Shown in pieces: positions 25,344 through 38,227 of a DNA stretch of 64,000 nucleotides. Within the stretch, counting starts at the first letter, position 1; each line of letters begins with the position of its first letter. Under the pieces are notes generated by a model, which was not told where the DNA came from, did not search any database, and saw only the letters and a list, made by a program, of their open reading frames with translations. Source of the stretch: Octopus sinensis (Eukaryota); the NCBI RefSeq assembly GCF_006345805.1, contig NC_043015.1, positions 19,530,001 to 19,594,000 on the forward strand, given 5' to 3'. Made by a program: the position numbers and the translations under genes.

Positions 25344-26509
25344 GTAATTGTAATAAAGCGACTAACAGGATACTATTGGGTGTTAATTAGAAAATACAAG
25401 GACATAATTATTTATTGATTAATGAAAAAGAGAGAGAAAGAGCAAAATGACTGTTCCATCTTAACCACAAACAATCACCATTTTTATTTGAAGCTAAACC
25501 TTCGTTGTTAAGTGGTATGTATCGATATATTTGCGGGAGAAGTAGGTTATCCAACAAAAGGCTGCATTGATTGAGTCAACGAACAGGACGTGTGTGTGTG
25601 TGTGTGTGTGTGTAAAACGGGTGTAGGAGAGAGGGAGAGACAGAGAGAGATTGTTGTTTTGAAATGTGGACAGAAAGCCAATTCCAGGATACGAACATTC
25701 GATCCACACATCTGTGTGTTTTTACATAAATGTGTGTGTATTTGTATATATGTGTATGTGTGAGTATAAATACGTGTAGTTAATGTATGTAAGCATGCAT
25801 TGCATGTATGTGTCTGTATGTGCATAGACAAATATGTATTAGCGCGTATGTGTGTTTATGTCTATATGTGTTGACGTATGTTTGTGCGTGCGTGCGTGCG
25901 TGTGTGTGTGTATGTATGTATGTATGTATGTATGTATGTATGTATGTATGTATGCGTGTATTTCTATGTATGTTTGTTTCTGCGTGTATGTGACAGTATA
26001 TCTCAAAGGGTGGCTTATGCCCACAATTAGCTGTTGGTATATTCGCGACTGCCTGTATGGAATGTATAATCACACTACACACAATGTCAAGTAATATTTT
26101 AGTAGTACAGCTTCCTACAAAGACTATTAGGGGTTGCACCCTAAGTTAATGCCTTGCCTAGCTTGTTATTGAGCCCTCTACTCTTTGCTGGAGTCGTAAA
26201 ATCATTGTCCTAACATACGGTGTGATTTAAGTCTTTTTTATTTTTTTTCCTTGACCTTGTAGTCAAGCATGCATCTTTCTGCAAGCTTGACTGGAGCCGA
26301 TTCCTTCCAGAGCAAAAACAGACAAACAGAAAAAAAGGTGGAGAAGAATCTACACGATTGGTATTTTATTTATCGATACCAGAAAAGGATCAAAGGCAAA
26401 TCAGACCCTCGGTGGGGTTTGAACTCAGAGCGCAGAGAGCCGGACCAATTACTGCAAAGTAATGTATCCAACTCTCTAACGACTCTTCTAACGTTGGTTA
26501 ATGACGGCT

Positions 26510-26810
26510 CGTAATTTGAAATATCCATCGCTGGGCTGTGTGGGCTTTGTGAGAAGGTGTTTGTTATTGAAACCTGTATGGCCTTCCATTGCGTACATCG
26601 TCCATCCAGGATTTAACAATTGCCTCCAACACCTTAACGTTTCCGGCAGTATTAATTCTAAGACTGGGAAGATGTTCGGTGATATAACACGATCTTCGTT
26701 ACTAACTTCTCCTAAAACCATCACAGTCGCCGAAAAGAGCTGCGACAATTGTAATTTTTTGTGTGATGAGATTTTCTTTAGGTTCATCCACCATATTTAA
26801 ACCACAGACT
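26510..26810 (-). mobile_element. Tc1/mariner (DD37D/maT-like) transposase fragment
   Basis: ATVMVLGEVSNEDRVISPNIFP, frameshift, then LRINTAGNVKVLEAIVKSWMDDVRNGRPYRFQQ*TPSHKAHTAQRW: catalytic core around the second D, now inactivated. Confidence 0.8.
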
Positions 26811-26883
26811 CTGAAGTTTAGAAGAAACATAAGTTAAAATAATAATAAACATTTACAGTTCTATATTTAAGAGATGAGGAATT

Positions 26884-27150
26884 ATGTACTTTATTTACAT
26901 TTGACGGATATTTGTCCTCACCTTGTTTGTTGTTAACACGGGCATATGGCGTAGTAGTTAAGAGCGCGGGGTACTAACCCCAAGATTCCGAGTTCGATTC
27001 CAGACAATGACCGGAATATTAATGATTATGATGATAATAATAATAATATCCAATAACCCAGTTTCTAAATGAAGGCTGGGGGGTATATCAGCCAAAACGT
27101 TGTGTTAACAACAGAGATGAGGTCAAATGTAACTAATGTAAATAAACATT
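26884..27150 (+). mobile_element. tRNA-headed element with hammerhead-like tail, preceded by an inverted copy of its own 3' end
   Basis: A-box TGGCGTAGTAG (26947), B-box GAGTTCGATTCC (26990); GGCTG/CAGCC stem (27074-27093) followed by AAAAC-GTT; 26884-26939 is the reverse complement of ~27102-27150. Confidence 0.6.
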
Positions 27151-27972
27151 TAATTTCGTAAAAGAAATAAATTGCTTCTTTAACAAAGCAAGACCCATGA
27201 TGTTTGGGGGCGTACTCTCACGAATTATTTTCACGATTTTATACGAATCCTGGGCCACATGCATGAAGGCGTGTGAGCGAGTGGTTAGGATATTGCTTTC
27301 ATGATGGCAAGATTATGGTTTCGATTTCCAAACCAGTCGATGCGTTGTGCTGCTGAACACTTCATGTTGCCTCCTGTCCACTTAGCTAGAAATAAGTAAC
27401 CCTGTGATGAATTGCCTTCCCGTCCAGTGGAGAATGTTGTGATCGAAGTCACTTGTACATCATGAAACCGTACGAGGCCCCAGGACAACACTTACTTTGC
27501 CGCGTGTGTGAGTGAATCTATATGTTGTCTTGTGGAAGACATGGTGAAATCAGTGAAATCCGAAATCTCAGTCTTCGATTACCGAGTTGAAAAGAGAATT
27601 AACGGAAACCGGTTTGCATGGAGCTCGATTGCAATCGTTCAAATAATGTATGAAGACATTACTTAAGACATGCACTCACAAAAGTAAACATGTATTGATG
27701 TAATAAATAATATAGGCATGAGAATGTAGTCTCTACATGTCTGGTGGGAGACACTCACACACACACGCACGTACACTCTTTAGTACTTTTGTTTTGAGAC
27801 GTTCTTTGTCTTGTTTTCTCCATTGACAATATGCAATGTGGTTTTGTTTGTCTCACAGCCTCTTTCCGTTTTCTTTCATTGACGCTTATTAATAAGACTA
27901 CGTATACGACTGTGTCAGACAAAATGTGTGTAGATAGATAGATATGTATGTATATATATATATATATATATA

Positions 27973-28156
27973 ACTGAAATTTTCAGAAAAACAAAAGACG
28001 AAGACGTGTATAAACAACAAATAGGTGTATTAGTTTAACGCTCAGGAAGGTGAGAAAGTCTTTTACGTTTCTAGACTACGCACTTCAACAAAAATGAATA
28101 CGAGGAAATAAAGCGAGGGAGAATATAAAAAACTTTTGGAGATAGCGGTCAATCAT
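27973..28156 (-). mobile_element. Short repeat with degenerate hammerhead-like motif; sister copy at 40841-41004 (+)
   Basis: Both copies share TGTTGAAG…GAAAC.TAAAAGACTT(T)CTCACCTTCC.GAGCGT.AAACTA…GTCTTCGTCTTTTGTTTT; both flanked by (TA)n or (TATG)n. Confidence 0.65.
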
Positions 28157-28218
28157 GTATGTATGTATGTATGTATGTATGAATTATGTATGTATGTATG
28201 TACGTATGTACGTACGTA

Positions 28219-28452
28219 CAGGTTTGGTCAAATGTTACTTGACAGTAAATCAAAACCATTTAATTCCAAGATTTTATTTATGTTTAACAACTGAATGAAT
28301 TTAATAAAAGCAACTAAATATGAAACACCACGAAAATTGCTCAAACTGAAGTCCTTCTTGAGTGAGACATTTTTCCATTCGAGCCAATACAGAATTACAG
28401 ATGGTATTTCTGGAATTTTGTTTTTTTCTCGAGTGACTTTTGGCCAACCCTG
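28219..28452. mobile_element. Tc1/mariner MITE
   Basis: TA TSD on both sides; TIRs caggtttggtcaaatgttact / agtgacttttggccaaccctg. Confidence 0.85.
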
Positions 28453-28520
28453 TATATCCATAGCTTTGTGTTACATGCATTTATGTACGTGCGTATGTAT
28501 ATATAACACATCACATATAC

Positions 28521-28567
<47 letters not shown>

Positions 28568-28577
28568 ATATATATGT

Positions 28578-28757
28578 AGTCAGGCGTGGCTGTGTGATAA
28601 GAAGCTTGTTTCCCAACCACATGGTTCCGGGTCCAGTCCTATTGTGGGTCAACTTGGGCAAGTGTCTTCTACTATAGAGCCTCGGGCTGACCAAGCCTTG
28701 TAAGTGGATTTGGTAGACGGAAACTCAAAGAAACCCGTCGTATATAAACTTACTTGG

Positions 28758-28789
<32 letters not shown>

Positions 28790-29912
28790 TAGGCGCAGGA
28801 GTGGCTGTGTGGTAAGTAGCTTGCTTACCAACCACATGGTTCCGGGTTCAGTCCCACTGCGTGGCACCTTGGGCAAGTGTCTTCTGCTATAGCCCCGGGC
28901 CGACCAATGTCTTGTGAGTGGATTTGGTAGACGGAAACTGAAAGAAGCCCGTCGTATATATGTATATATATATATATATATGCGTGTGTGTGTATGTGTT
29001 TGTCCCCCTAGCATTGCTTGGCAACCGATGCTGGTGTGTTTACGTCCCCGTCACTTAGCGGTTCGGCAAAAGAGACCGATAGAATAAGTACTGGGCTTAC
29101 AAAAAAGAATAAGTCCCGGGGTCGAGTTGCTCGACTAAAAGGCGGTGCTCCAGCATGGCCGCAGTCAAAATGACTGAAACAAGGAAAAAGAAAAAGAAAA
29201 AGAAATATATATATATATACACACACACACACATATATGTGTGTGTTTGTCCCTCCACCATCACTTGTTAATCGATGTTGGTGTGTATAAGTACCCGTAA
29301 TTTAGCAGTTCGGCATAAGAAACCGATACAGTAAATACCATGGGGTCTATTTCTTTGACTAAAAGACGGTGCTCCAGCATGGCCACAGTCAAAATGATTG
29401 AAAGAAGTAAAAGAAAAAGAATAAAATGTGTATTATATATATATATATTATATATATATATATAATATTATATATATATATATACAACACACACATATAC
29501 ATATACACTATACAGGAGTGGCTGTGTGGTAAGAAGCTTGCTAACCAACCACATGGTTCCGGGTTCAGTCCCACTGCGTGGCATCTTGGGCAAGTGTCTT
29601 CTGCTATAGCCCCGGGCCGACCAATGCCTTGTGAGTGGATTTGGTAGACAGAAACTGAAAGAAGCCTGTCGTATATATGTATATATATATATATATAAGT
29701 GTGTGTGTATATGTTTGTGTGTCTGTGTTTGTCCTCCTAGCATTGCTTGACAACCGATGCTGGTGTGTTTATGTCCCCGTCACTTAGCGGTTCGGCAAAA
29801 GAGACCGATAGAATAAGTACTGGGCTTACAAAGAATAAGTCCCGGGGTCGATTTGCTCGACTAAAGGCGGTGCTCCAGCATGGCCGCAGTCAAATGACTG
29901 AAACAAGTAAAA
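28578..29912 (+). mobile_element. Cluster of four co-oriented family A SINE units
   Basis: Head 28578-28742; full copy 28790-29190; tail ~29240-29420; full copy 29512-29912; units separated by (TA)n. Confidence 0.9.
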
Positions 29913-29941
29913 GAGTAAAAGAATATATGCACACACTATAT

Positions 29942-29976
<35 letters not shown>

Positions 29977-30577
29977 TATACACACGTGTGTATATACATA
30001 TATGTGTGTGTAAATGGATGATTGTAAAATGCATGTGGAAATGTTTGCGTATAGAGGTGCATATGCTAGGAACCTAGTAAAATTCAATCTCACCATTGTA
30101 CCTGCATCAGGGTGGCCATATTGGCAAATATAATTACATACAAAAAAAGCGAAAACTTGAGTCATTTTAAAAAAGAAGAATCGGTTATAGTGTTTTTACG
30201 GTACTTTATTTATCGATCCTTTTCTACTCTAGGCACAAGGCCTGAAATTTCTGGAGAGGGAGCCAGTCGATTAGATCGGCCCCTGTACGCAACTAGTACT
30301 TAATTTATCGACCCCGAAAGGATGAAAGGCCAGTGTGAAGTAAAATGCAAACAGCCCGACTGTTGGTACCCACAACTCTTCAGCTTGAAGTGACGTGTGT
30401 ATTGTAAGTTGTATCGTATAACAAACGAGCAAGCTTGCTTGCTATACTTTGCTGGAAGAAAATTTATAGAACGGATTTGCTTCATACAAGAGGTTGCATG
30501 AACATGATTAATAACTAATCAACGAACACTATTGATGCCTTCAAATATATAGTATGAAACTTTTCTTTTATTAGTTT

Positions 30578-30747
30578 CAGCCATTAGGCTACGGCCATGC
30601 TTCGGCAACGCCTTGAATTTATATCGAATGAATCAACCCCAATATTTATACATTTTTAGCCTGATGGTTAGTCTATCGGTCTCTTCTGTTGAACTGTTAA
30701 GTTACGGAGACTTAAACACACCAATACAGGTTGTCAAGCGGTTGTTG

Positions 30748-30815
<68 letters not shown>

Positions 30816-30985
30816 TACATACACGATAGGCTTCTTTCAGTTTCCGCGTACCAAATCCACTCACAAGGCTTTGGTCGGCCCGAGGCTATAATGGAAGGTA
30901 GTTGCCCATGATGTCATGCAGTGAAATTGAACAGGGGACCATGTGGTCGGGAAGCAGGCTTTTCACACAGCCACGACTGTGCCTA
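30578..30985 (-). mobile_element. SINE family A (diverged)
   Basis: Reverse complement head, microsatellite and tail. Confidence 0.8.
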
Positions 30986-31385
30986 TTATTCAATAGAAAT
31001 TTGCACAGTGTCACGGGGTGACCTTCTGACCTTGGTACAAAAAAACCTCAAGTAGTGTAGTGGGCAGAAACGACAACAGGAAGACTTTTCGCTTATTATA
31101 TACGCTGTGTCTATTGTCATACTTCAATGTCTGTGTGTGCATTGAATTTTTTGTAATGAACAGTATATAATGACTGTTATTGTTGTTGTTTAACTTCAGC
31201 ACATACCTTATCAGGCCAATCAGTGATCGAACGCATTTCATCCGTAACAGTCATTCCTTAACACGGTTGTGTAGGGTTACATTATCTAATGCAGGTTTGG
31301 ATGACCTTCTTCTCGCAGTAGGCGATCGTAAAGTCTGAACACATAGGAAATCTCATTAACTATATTTTTTTACCTATATATTTTA

Positions 31386-32222
31386 CTAGCTTAAGGTGAC
31401 TCGCTCTACGAGCGGGTAAGAGTGTGGTTGTTACTTTCTGTTGCTTCCTTTCTATTTTTTATCACCACATTCTCCCTCTTTGTTTCTCTCTCACTTTCCC
31501 ACTCTCTTACTCTTCCTTTCTTTTGGACTCTCCCTCGCTTTCTCTTAATCTCTATCTTTCTCTATCTATCTCTCATTTATAAACAACAAAAGATCTTGAG
31601 TAAGTTGAGAAAGAAAATATTTTGAAAGATCAATCATAAATATCAGGCAGTGACAACGGAAAGGTCTGCTTCAAGGCAGACAGCAAAACACTAACATTTA
31701 AAAGGGACAGACGAACTTGCGAGCTGAATAAAAATTAAAAAAATATTGGAAACCAAAGTTTGAAGGGATAGAATCTGAGGATAGTAGAGTCACCATGGCT
31801 GGCATTTCTTAGTGACGGACAGCAACGTAGTGGCAGTTTAACGGCTGGCGTAAAATTTTGTACTTGATGTAAAAGAAAATTCCTAAACACCAAGTTTTGA
31901 AGTGATTCTTTCTCACAACAGTAGACTTGACGATTTAAAGGCTGGCGCAAATTTTTTAGCTTGATGTAACAGAGAATTCCTAAACACCCGCTCCTGTAAA
32001 TTTTAATCCCCTTCCAGCCCCATTTAGACCTCTTTTCACATTTTGGTTAATATAACCCGATTTCATTCGGGTCTACTCGGGCCACATTTTATAAGATGAG
32101 GAATTTTGTCCTAGAGGTTACGCCTTTCATTTGAGGAAAAAAATAGTTGCCATGCAAACTCGCCTGCACTTTTAACATAGGTGTGCATATTTTCAGCTCT
32201 ACAGACCACATAATGCACACAT

Positions 32223-32254
<32 letters not shown>

Positions 32255-32265
32255 GGTGTGTGTGT

Positions 32266-32304
<39 letters not shown>

Positions 32305-32818
32305 TGTGTGTACATATATACACATATTTATATGTAGAACACACACATATATGAATTAACCCAATAAATATCTGATTCATAATATTTGTTCTCATGATTG
32401 TGTGGTGGTGGTGGTGGTGGTGGCGATGATAATTCTCTTTATGAATGTAGACAGACGTAGAGAGAGGGGGGGAATGTGGGAGAGTGACAGCGCTGGCGAT
32501 GATGGCGGGGCAAAGATAGTAGACGCTGTCAAACGACGTTATAGAGAGAAAGTGAAAGGAAGGGAGGAAAGAGAGAGAGACGGAGGAAGACAGGCAGATA
32601 AGAGAATGAGAGAAGACTTGTCAAAGTGTGCGTTTTTTGTCCTAGTAACCACACCTTTTAAGATAAGGATTTCTAATCTAGCCCACTCACATCCTCACCT
32701 CATTTTACATGTCCCTGTAAATTTTGGAGTCAATCCGACGGGATCGAGTGCCCTTTAACACGTTCTAATGCCAAAACCAGACAAACAAACATTCTCATTT
32801 CAGAATTATAGATATTGA
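31386..32818 (-). mobile_element. Non-autonomous Helitron
   Basis: On the minus strand: A|TCAATATCTATAA start, 3' hairpin CCCGCTC-GTA-GAGCGAG then tcaccttaagCTAG|T; homologous to 36137-37848. Confidence 0.8.
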
Positions 32819-32889
32819 TATATATTTTACCTATATAATTTTGCCTACTATATTTGTTCACCTCAATAGATTAAATATGGTTTTGCGTC

Positions 32890-33097
32890 CAAATTGACGG
32901 TAACGTGGAGTTATTGCATTGATATTCACGTAAATGTTGCAAAGCACATTGGCTTTTGCATCACAAATGGTGGAAATCCTATTAAAGATGTTATTTGTTA
33001 ATATTGCGATTGAATAAAATGTTGTTGGAAATTTTACGTGTATTTCTTGAAAATAGACATTTTGCCTATGTGTCCGGACTTTCGGGACACCCTGTTT
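32890..33097 (+). mobile_element. Tc1/mariner 3' end fragment
   Basis: C-terminal-like …CITNGGNPIKDVIC* followed by TIR-like gtgtccggactttcgggacaccctg. Confidence 0.5.
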
Positions 33098-33769
33098 ATC
33101 GGGCCATATCTGGGAAAAAAATTATTCATTTTAGTATGAAGTACAGAGTACAGCATGTGGTGGATCTCCGTCGTATGACGACGAGGATTTAGTTGTTTGA
33201 TCAACTGAACTATCTCCTGTGTTGGAATTTTATCAGCTAAGCATTCCGCAGATACGTGCACCCTTGACATAATTCTAAAGAAGAATCGGCATGACAGAAT
33301 GTGTAACACGACTATACCTTTTTGAATTGCAGATACTATCTAGCCCCGTCCTCCGCGGGCTTTTTTATAGTTTTCCTTTACTCAGTCTCACAAGGTATGG
33401 AGTTAACCCGAAGCTATAAAAAGAAACATTTGTTTTATCTGTTACATAGAGATCGAACCCAGAACCTCATGATTGCAAAGCGAACTTCTTTTGGCCATAT
33501 TCTGGCTACAGAAGTCGAATGCAACGACCATTTAATTGTTTTTGAAGCCTTCTCTGTCTGTCTGTCTGTTCATCAATCCCTATTTCTGAGTCGTACAAAG
33601 GAACTGGCTCAATGAAAGCACGAACAGTATTGACTTAACGGGGTAGCATATAATTGGAGCTCCCAAATGTTGGCTAATTTGTAACAAGTCGATGGTTTCG
33701 ATGGTTTTCAGGAGAAAATATCTTTATCTGACTTTATATGAAGCTTAGTATTTAGAATAATGCCCACGT

Positions 33770-33965
33770 GTCTGTGTTTGTCCCCTAGCATTGCTTGACA
33801 ACCGATGCTGGTGCGTTTATGTCCCCGTTACTTAGCGGTTCGGCAAAAGAGACCGATAGAATAAGTACTGGGCTTACAAAAGAATAAGTCCCGGGGTCGA
33901 GTTGCTCGATTAAAGGCGGCGCTCCAGCATGGCCGCAGTCAAATGACTGAAACAAGTAAAAGAGA
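33770..33965 (+). mobile_element. SINE family A, 3' half
   Basis: Near-identical to the tail at 29715-29912. Confidence 0.85.
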
Positions 33966-34159
33966 GAAAAGAAAAGAAAAAGAGAGTTCAGCATAGTCTC
34001 GCTTTAGACATTAATTTGTAAACTGCACCGTCATTTGATGTTTATAGCTAAGAATAGACAACGAAGCCGTGTCCATCACCACTCGCTAACCCTGACCGGG
34101 AAGGACTATTTTATTGGAAACAAGAGTCACCAACAACAGTTTAAAATATGCATATACAT

Positions 34160-34195
<36 letters not shown>

Positions 34196-34424
34196 ACACC
34201 ACAAATTCCTAAATATCCGATAAAGAACAACGCAAACATGAACTTCGACGATCTGGAGAAATACTTGGCATGTCTTAACACAATGATCTTACGACTCCTT
34301 GACATGTCTTAATACAATAATCTTAAGACTTGTCTTACTGGTTTGGCAACTTTTAAAGAAAGCATTTCAGTGCCCTGACTAATAAATCTTTCGGAAACAA
34401 GTTCAGCTTCCTCTACTTTCTCAT

Positions 34425-34432
34425 ATATAGAT

Positions 34433-34515
<83 letters not shown>

Positions 34516-34560
34516 TAGAAAGAAAGAAAGAAAGAAGGAAAGAAAGAAAGAAAGAAGCAA
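34425..34560. repeat. (GATA)n(GAAA)n microsatellite
   Basis: Direct reading. Confidence 0.95.
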
Positions 34561-34867
34561 ACAAAGAGACTAACACACCGAGTGGGCTAGGTAGCAGATA
34601 CAATACTTGGACTTAAAAGCATGACATTTCGGGTGTAACTATTGTCGACTGACTTATGTAACCGTGATGTGGGTAGGTGGAATGCATGTATGAGCGTCGT
34701 TGTTTGTGTTTCACAAGATATAAGAAAGGTTGAAGGTGGGTTAACTTATTATGACAATATGCTTCTGCTCTACTTTGTAGCTTTGATACCAGTATTTCTA
34801 CATGTTGTTGGTTTCATTGTTGCTGCATTTTGTATTCGTTAACCTTGTGGTAAATACATAAAAAGCT

Positions 34868-35085
34868 ATTCTTTTCTACTCTAGGCACAAGGCCTGAAAC
34901 TTTTGGGGAGGTGGCCAGTCGATTAGATCGACCCCAGTACGCAACTGGTGCTTAATTTATCAACCCCGAAAGGATGAAAGGCAAAGTCGACCTCGGCGGA
35001 ATTTGAACTCAGAACGTAAAGACAGACGAAATACCGCTAAGCATTTCGCCCAGCGTGCTAACGTTTCTGACAGATCGCTGCCTTA
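34868..35085 (-). mobile_element. SINE family B, full length
   Basis: Reverse complement of family B; head abuts (ATT)n. Confidence 0.9.
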
Positions 35086-35095
35086 TAAAAAGCTA

Positions 35096-35134
<39 letters not shown>

Positions 35135-35137
<3 letters not shown>

Positions 35138-35720
35138 GAGTGAGAGAGCAGTGCATGCCATCAAAGTGACACTGGGGTAAAATATACGAAGCCTTGTATA
35201 TCCATCATGTCAACCCGTCTGATAAGGGTACACTAGGTACATGCATTACAACAATGTGTGTGCGACATTGTGATCTAATATCATTGTGATCTAATATCAA
35301 GATAAACAGCGCATGACCTTGCAGGTGACGCCTAGTTAGAATTTTCTTCTGGTCGAGTAACCCATCTCGCTCAAAAGGTCCCTGAATAAGGGTTGTTTAA
35401 GGATGTTGAACGAAACACCCATGTTTCCAGAGGTGAATTATTCAAACGTCCAATAATCCCTCTCAACACATAGCTATGATGCCCCACCACCACCACTACT
35501 TCTGCTCGTGATCGGAGATGCACATATCGTCAGCCACTAAGGGACATGCTCAACTGGTTAAGGTCAAACAACTGACAAGCAAATCTGTGTTATTGAGCAG
35601 AATATTTTCTGTAGCCCATCTTTCATACCAAGACAAAACAGTGTACATGATGACACTTCCAGTCAATGAAGATCAGAAGCCATGAGAGCCACTGCTTGGT
35701 ACTGCATTAGGGCATTATCA
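35135..35720 (-). mobile_element. Unclassified ~580 bp retroposon-like segment with (TAA)n tail
   Basis: Mixed-composition block between two (ATT)n tracts; class and strand inferred from the simple-repeat tail only. Confidence 0.4.
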
Positions 35721-35741
35721 TTATTATTATTATTACTATTA

Positions 35742-36130
35742 GGGCGGTAGCGATTGTGTAGAATCGTTAGCACATCGAAAAAAATGTGAAACGACATTTC
35801 TTCCGGCTTCATGCTCAGCGTTCAAATTCAGCTGACGCCACCTTTTTTTTATTCTTTCATTCTTTCATGATCGACAAAATAGAGTACCAGTCAAGTACTT
35901 GAGTCGATAAAATTGACTAGCCCCCTCCCCCAAATTTCAGGCCTTGTGACTATAGTAGACAGTGTTATTATCATTATTGTTGTTGCTGCTGATTTTAGGG
36001 TGGTAGCAATCTAATAGAATTGTTAGCGCGTCGGACAAAATTCTCAGTGGCATTTCTTCCGGCTTTATGTTCTGAGGACTAGCCCTCTCCCGCTAAATTT
36101 CATGCCCTGTCCCTATAGGTGAAAGGGTTA
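35742..36130 (+). mobile_element. Two diverged family B SINEs in tandem
   Basis: Heads at ~35742 and ~35997; the second is internally deleted. Confidence 0.75.
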
Positions 36131-36136
36131 TTACTA

Positions 36137-36634
36137 TCAATATAAAGCTGAAATGCGAAAAAGTTGTTTCTCATTTTGGGATGGGAACGGTAGCTGGGGT
36201 CGGATTGGCGCCAACATTTACAGGGACATGTAAAAAGAGGCGAGGAAGCGACTGGACTAGGTTAGAAACCCCTATCTCAAAAGCTGTGGTTACTAGGGCA
36301 ACAAAACCCAGACTTTGACAATTTTTTGTCGTTTCTCTCTTTAGGATATCAACCTATCTTCATCGATCTCTCTCTTTCCTTCCTTCCCTTCAATTTCTCT
36401 CTATAACGACGTTTGACACCTTCCACTCTCATTCCATCGCCTTCGCCGTCTCTGTGTCACTCTTTGTTCAACCACCTCTCTCACTTCACGTCTGTCTGTA
36501 TCTATAGAGAGAAAGCGTTGACAGCAGCAAAAGTTTAAATATTCTCGTCACAGGTCTTTTAGAACGGTGAATTATTATCGCCCACCACCACCGCACAATC
36601 ATAACAGATATTATTAATCAGATATATTGTGTCA

Positions 36635-36689
<55 letters not shown>

Positions 36690-37848
36690 CATATATGTGT
36701 GTGTGTGTGTGCGTGTGTGTAATCAATATCTATAAAGCTGAAATGCGAAAAAGTTGTTTGATTTCTTGGTTATTTGTCTCATTTTGGGATGGGAACGGTT
36801 TAAGGGGCGATAGATGGGGTCGGATAGGTGCCAAAATTTACACTGGGGGTAAAATGGGGTGGGCAATGGTGTGAGGAGAGTTGCAAGTCGCTCGAGGCTA
36901 CCGTTTGGTTTCCATGATGAGGAATATGGGGGAAATTGCGTTTTATGGGATAGACAGGTTGCGCTGTTTGAAAAATGGTGGCTTTTCGTGTTGCTGCAGG
37001 AGCTAGAGGTGGTTATCTTTAATCTAATCTATAAAATGAAGAAGACGAACGTTGATACAAATTGGATTTTTATGTAAAAAGGCGTCTAAATGGGGCTGGA
37101 AAGGGATTAAAATTTATAGGAGGGGGTAACTTGAGGTAAGAAATTGATTGGGAGACGTTTTGGGGCGCTACAATGGTTGCTTTGCTGTAAAAACGGGGAT
37201 TTTATTAATTTTGGGGGACACTTGGGGGTCTAGATTGGACACCTTTTGCCCGATTTCAATCAAATTTACAACATAGTGAAGTGGAAGCGAATTTGTAATT
37301 TAAGCGTGGAAAATAGGTTCGAAATTTTGAAAATTAAGGCAAGATTTTTGAAGTTGAAAAATATTTCTCATATTTACGTATTTTTGCCTTTTATTTTTTA
37401 TTGTTTACAGTTTTCATTTTTTTCTGAATGAAATTTACAGCTGCATGCAGCCCGTGTTTAGAGCTTTCATTTGCATGGTCAATCGTCGAAAACTTCCTAA
37501 AATAAGTACTAAATTTAACAAAGAAATTCTTTTTTTCCCCTTATTTTTGATCGTTCAAATAGTGGCACATACAAAAGGCAAGTGCGCTTTGCGTTGTCAC
37601 TGCCTGATATTTATGATTGATCTTTAAAAATATTTTCTTTATCAAGATCTTTTGTTTTTTATGAATGGGAGAGAGATAGTAAGGGAAAGAGAGGGAGAGT
37701 TCGAGAGAAAAGAAGAGTAATAGAGTAGGAAAGTAAGAAAGGAGAGAGAAACAAAGAGGGAGATTGTGGCGATAAGAAACAGAAAGGAAGCAACAGAAAG
37801 TAACAACCACAACCTCACCAGCACGTAGAGCGGGTCACCTTAAGCTAG
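36137..37848 (+). mobile_element. Compound Helitron (two 5' ends, one 3' end)
   Basis: A|TCAATAT starts at 36137 and 36723; 3' …gtagagcgggtcaccttaagCTAG|T at 37848. Confidence 0.8.
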
Positions 37849-37936
37849 TCATTATTATAAAAAGGCGATGAGCTGGCAGAATCGTTAGCTAGTACTTATT
37901 CTAACGGACTCTTTTGCCGATCCGCTATATATATAG

Positions 37937-38043
37937 GACAATCAGTAAATTGTCATAATAGAACTTAGTTTCAAATGCCAGAGCTACGAGCTTCGAGGCA
38001 TTTTTATAGCCTATTTTGACGTGTGTGTGTGTGTATGTATATA

Positions 38044-38092
<49 letters not shown>

Positions 38093-38175
38093 ATAATCAG
38101 TAAATTGTCATAATAGAACTTAGTTTCAAATGCCGGAGCTACGAGCTTCGAGGCACTTTTATAGCCTATTTTGAC

Positions 38176-38227
<52 letters not shown>

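Noticed and set aside
26940-27010. tRNA gene (also heads at ~17795, ~21290, ~24222, ~27265)
   Set aside because: A/B boxes are present but there is no 7-bp acceptor stem or 7-nt anticodon loop; these are SINE heads.
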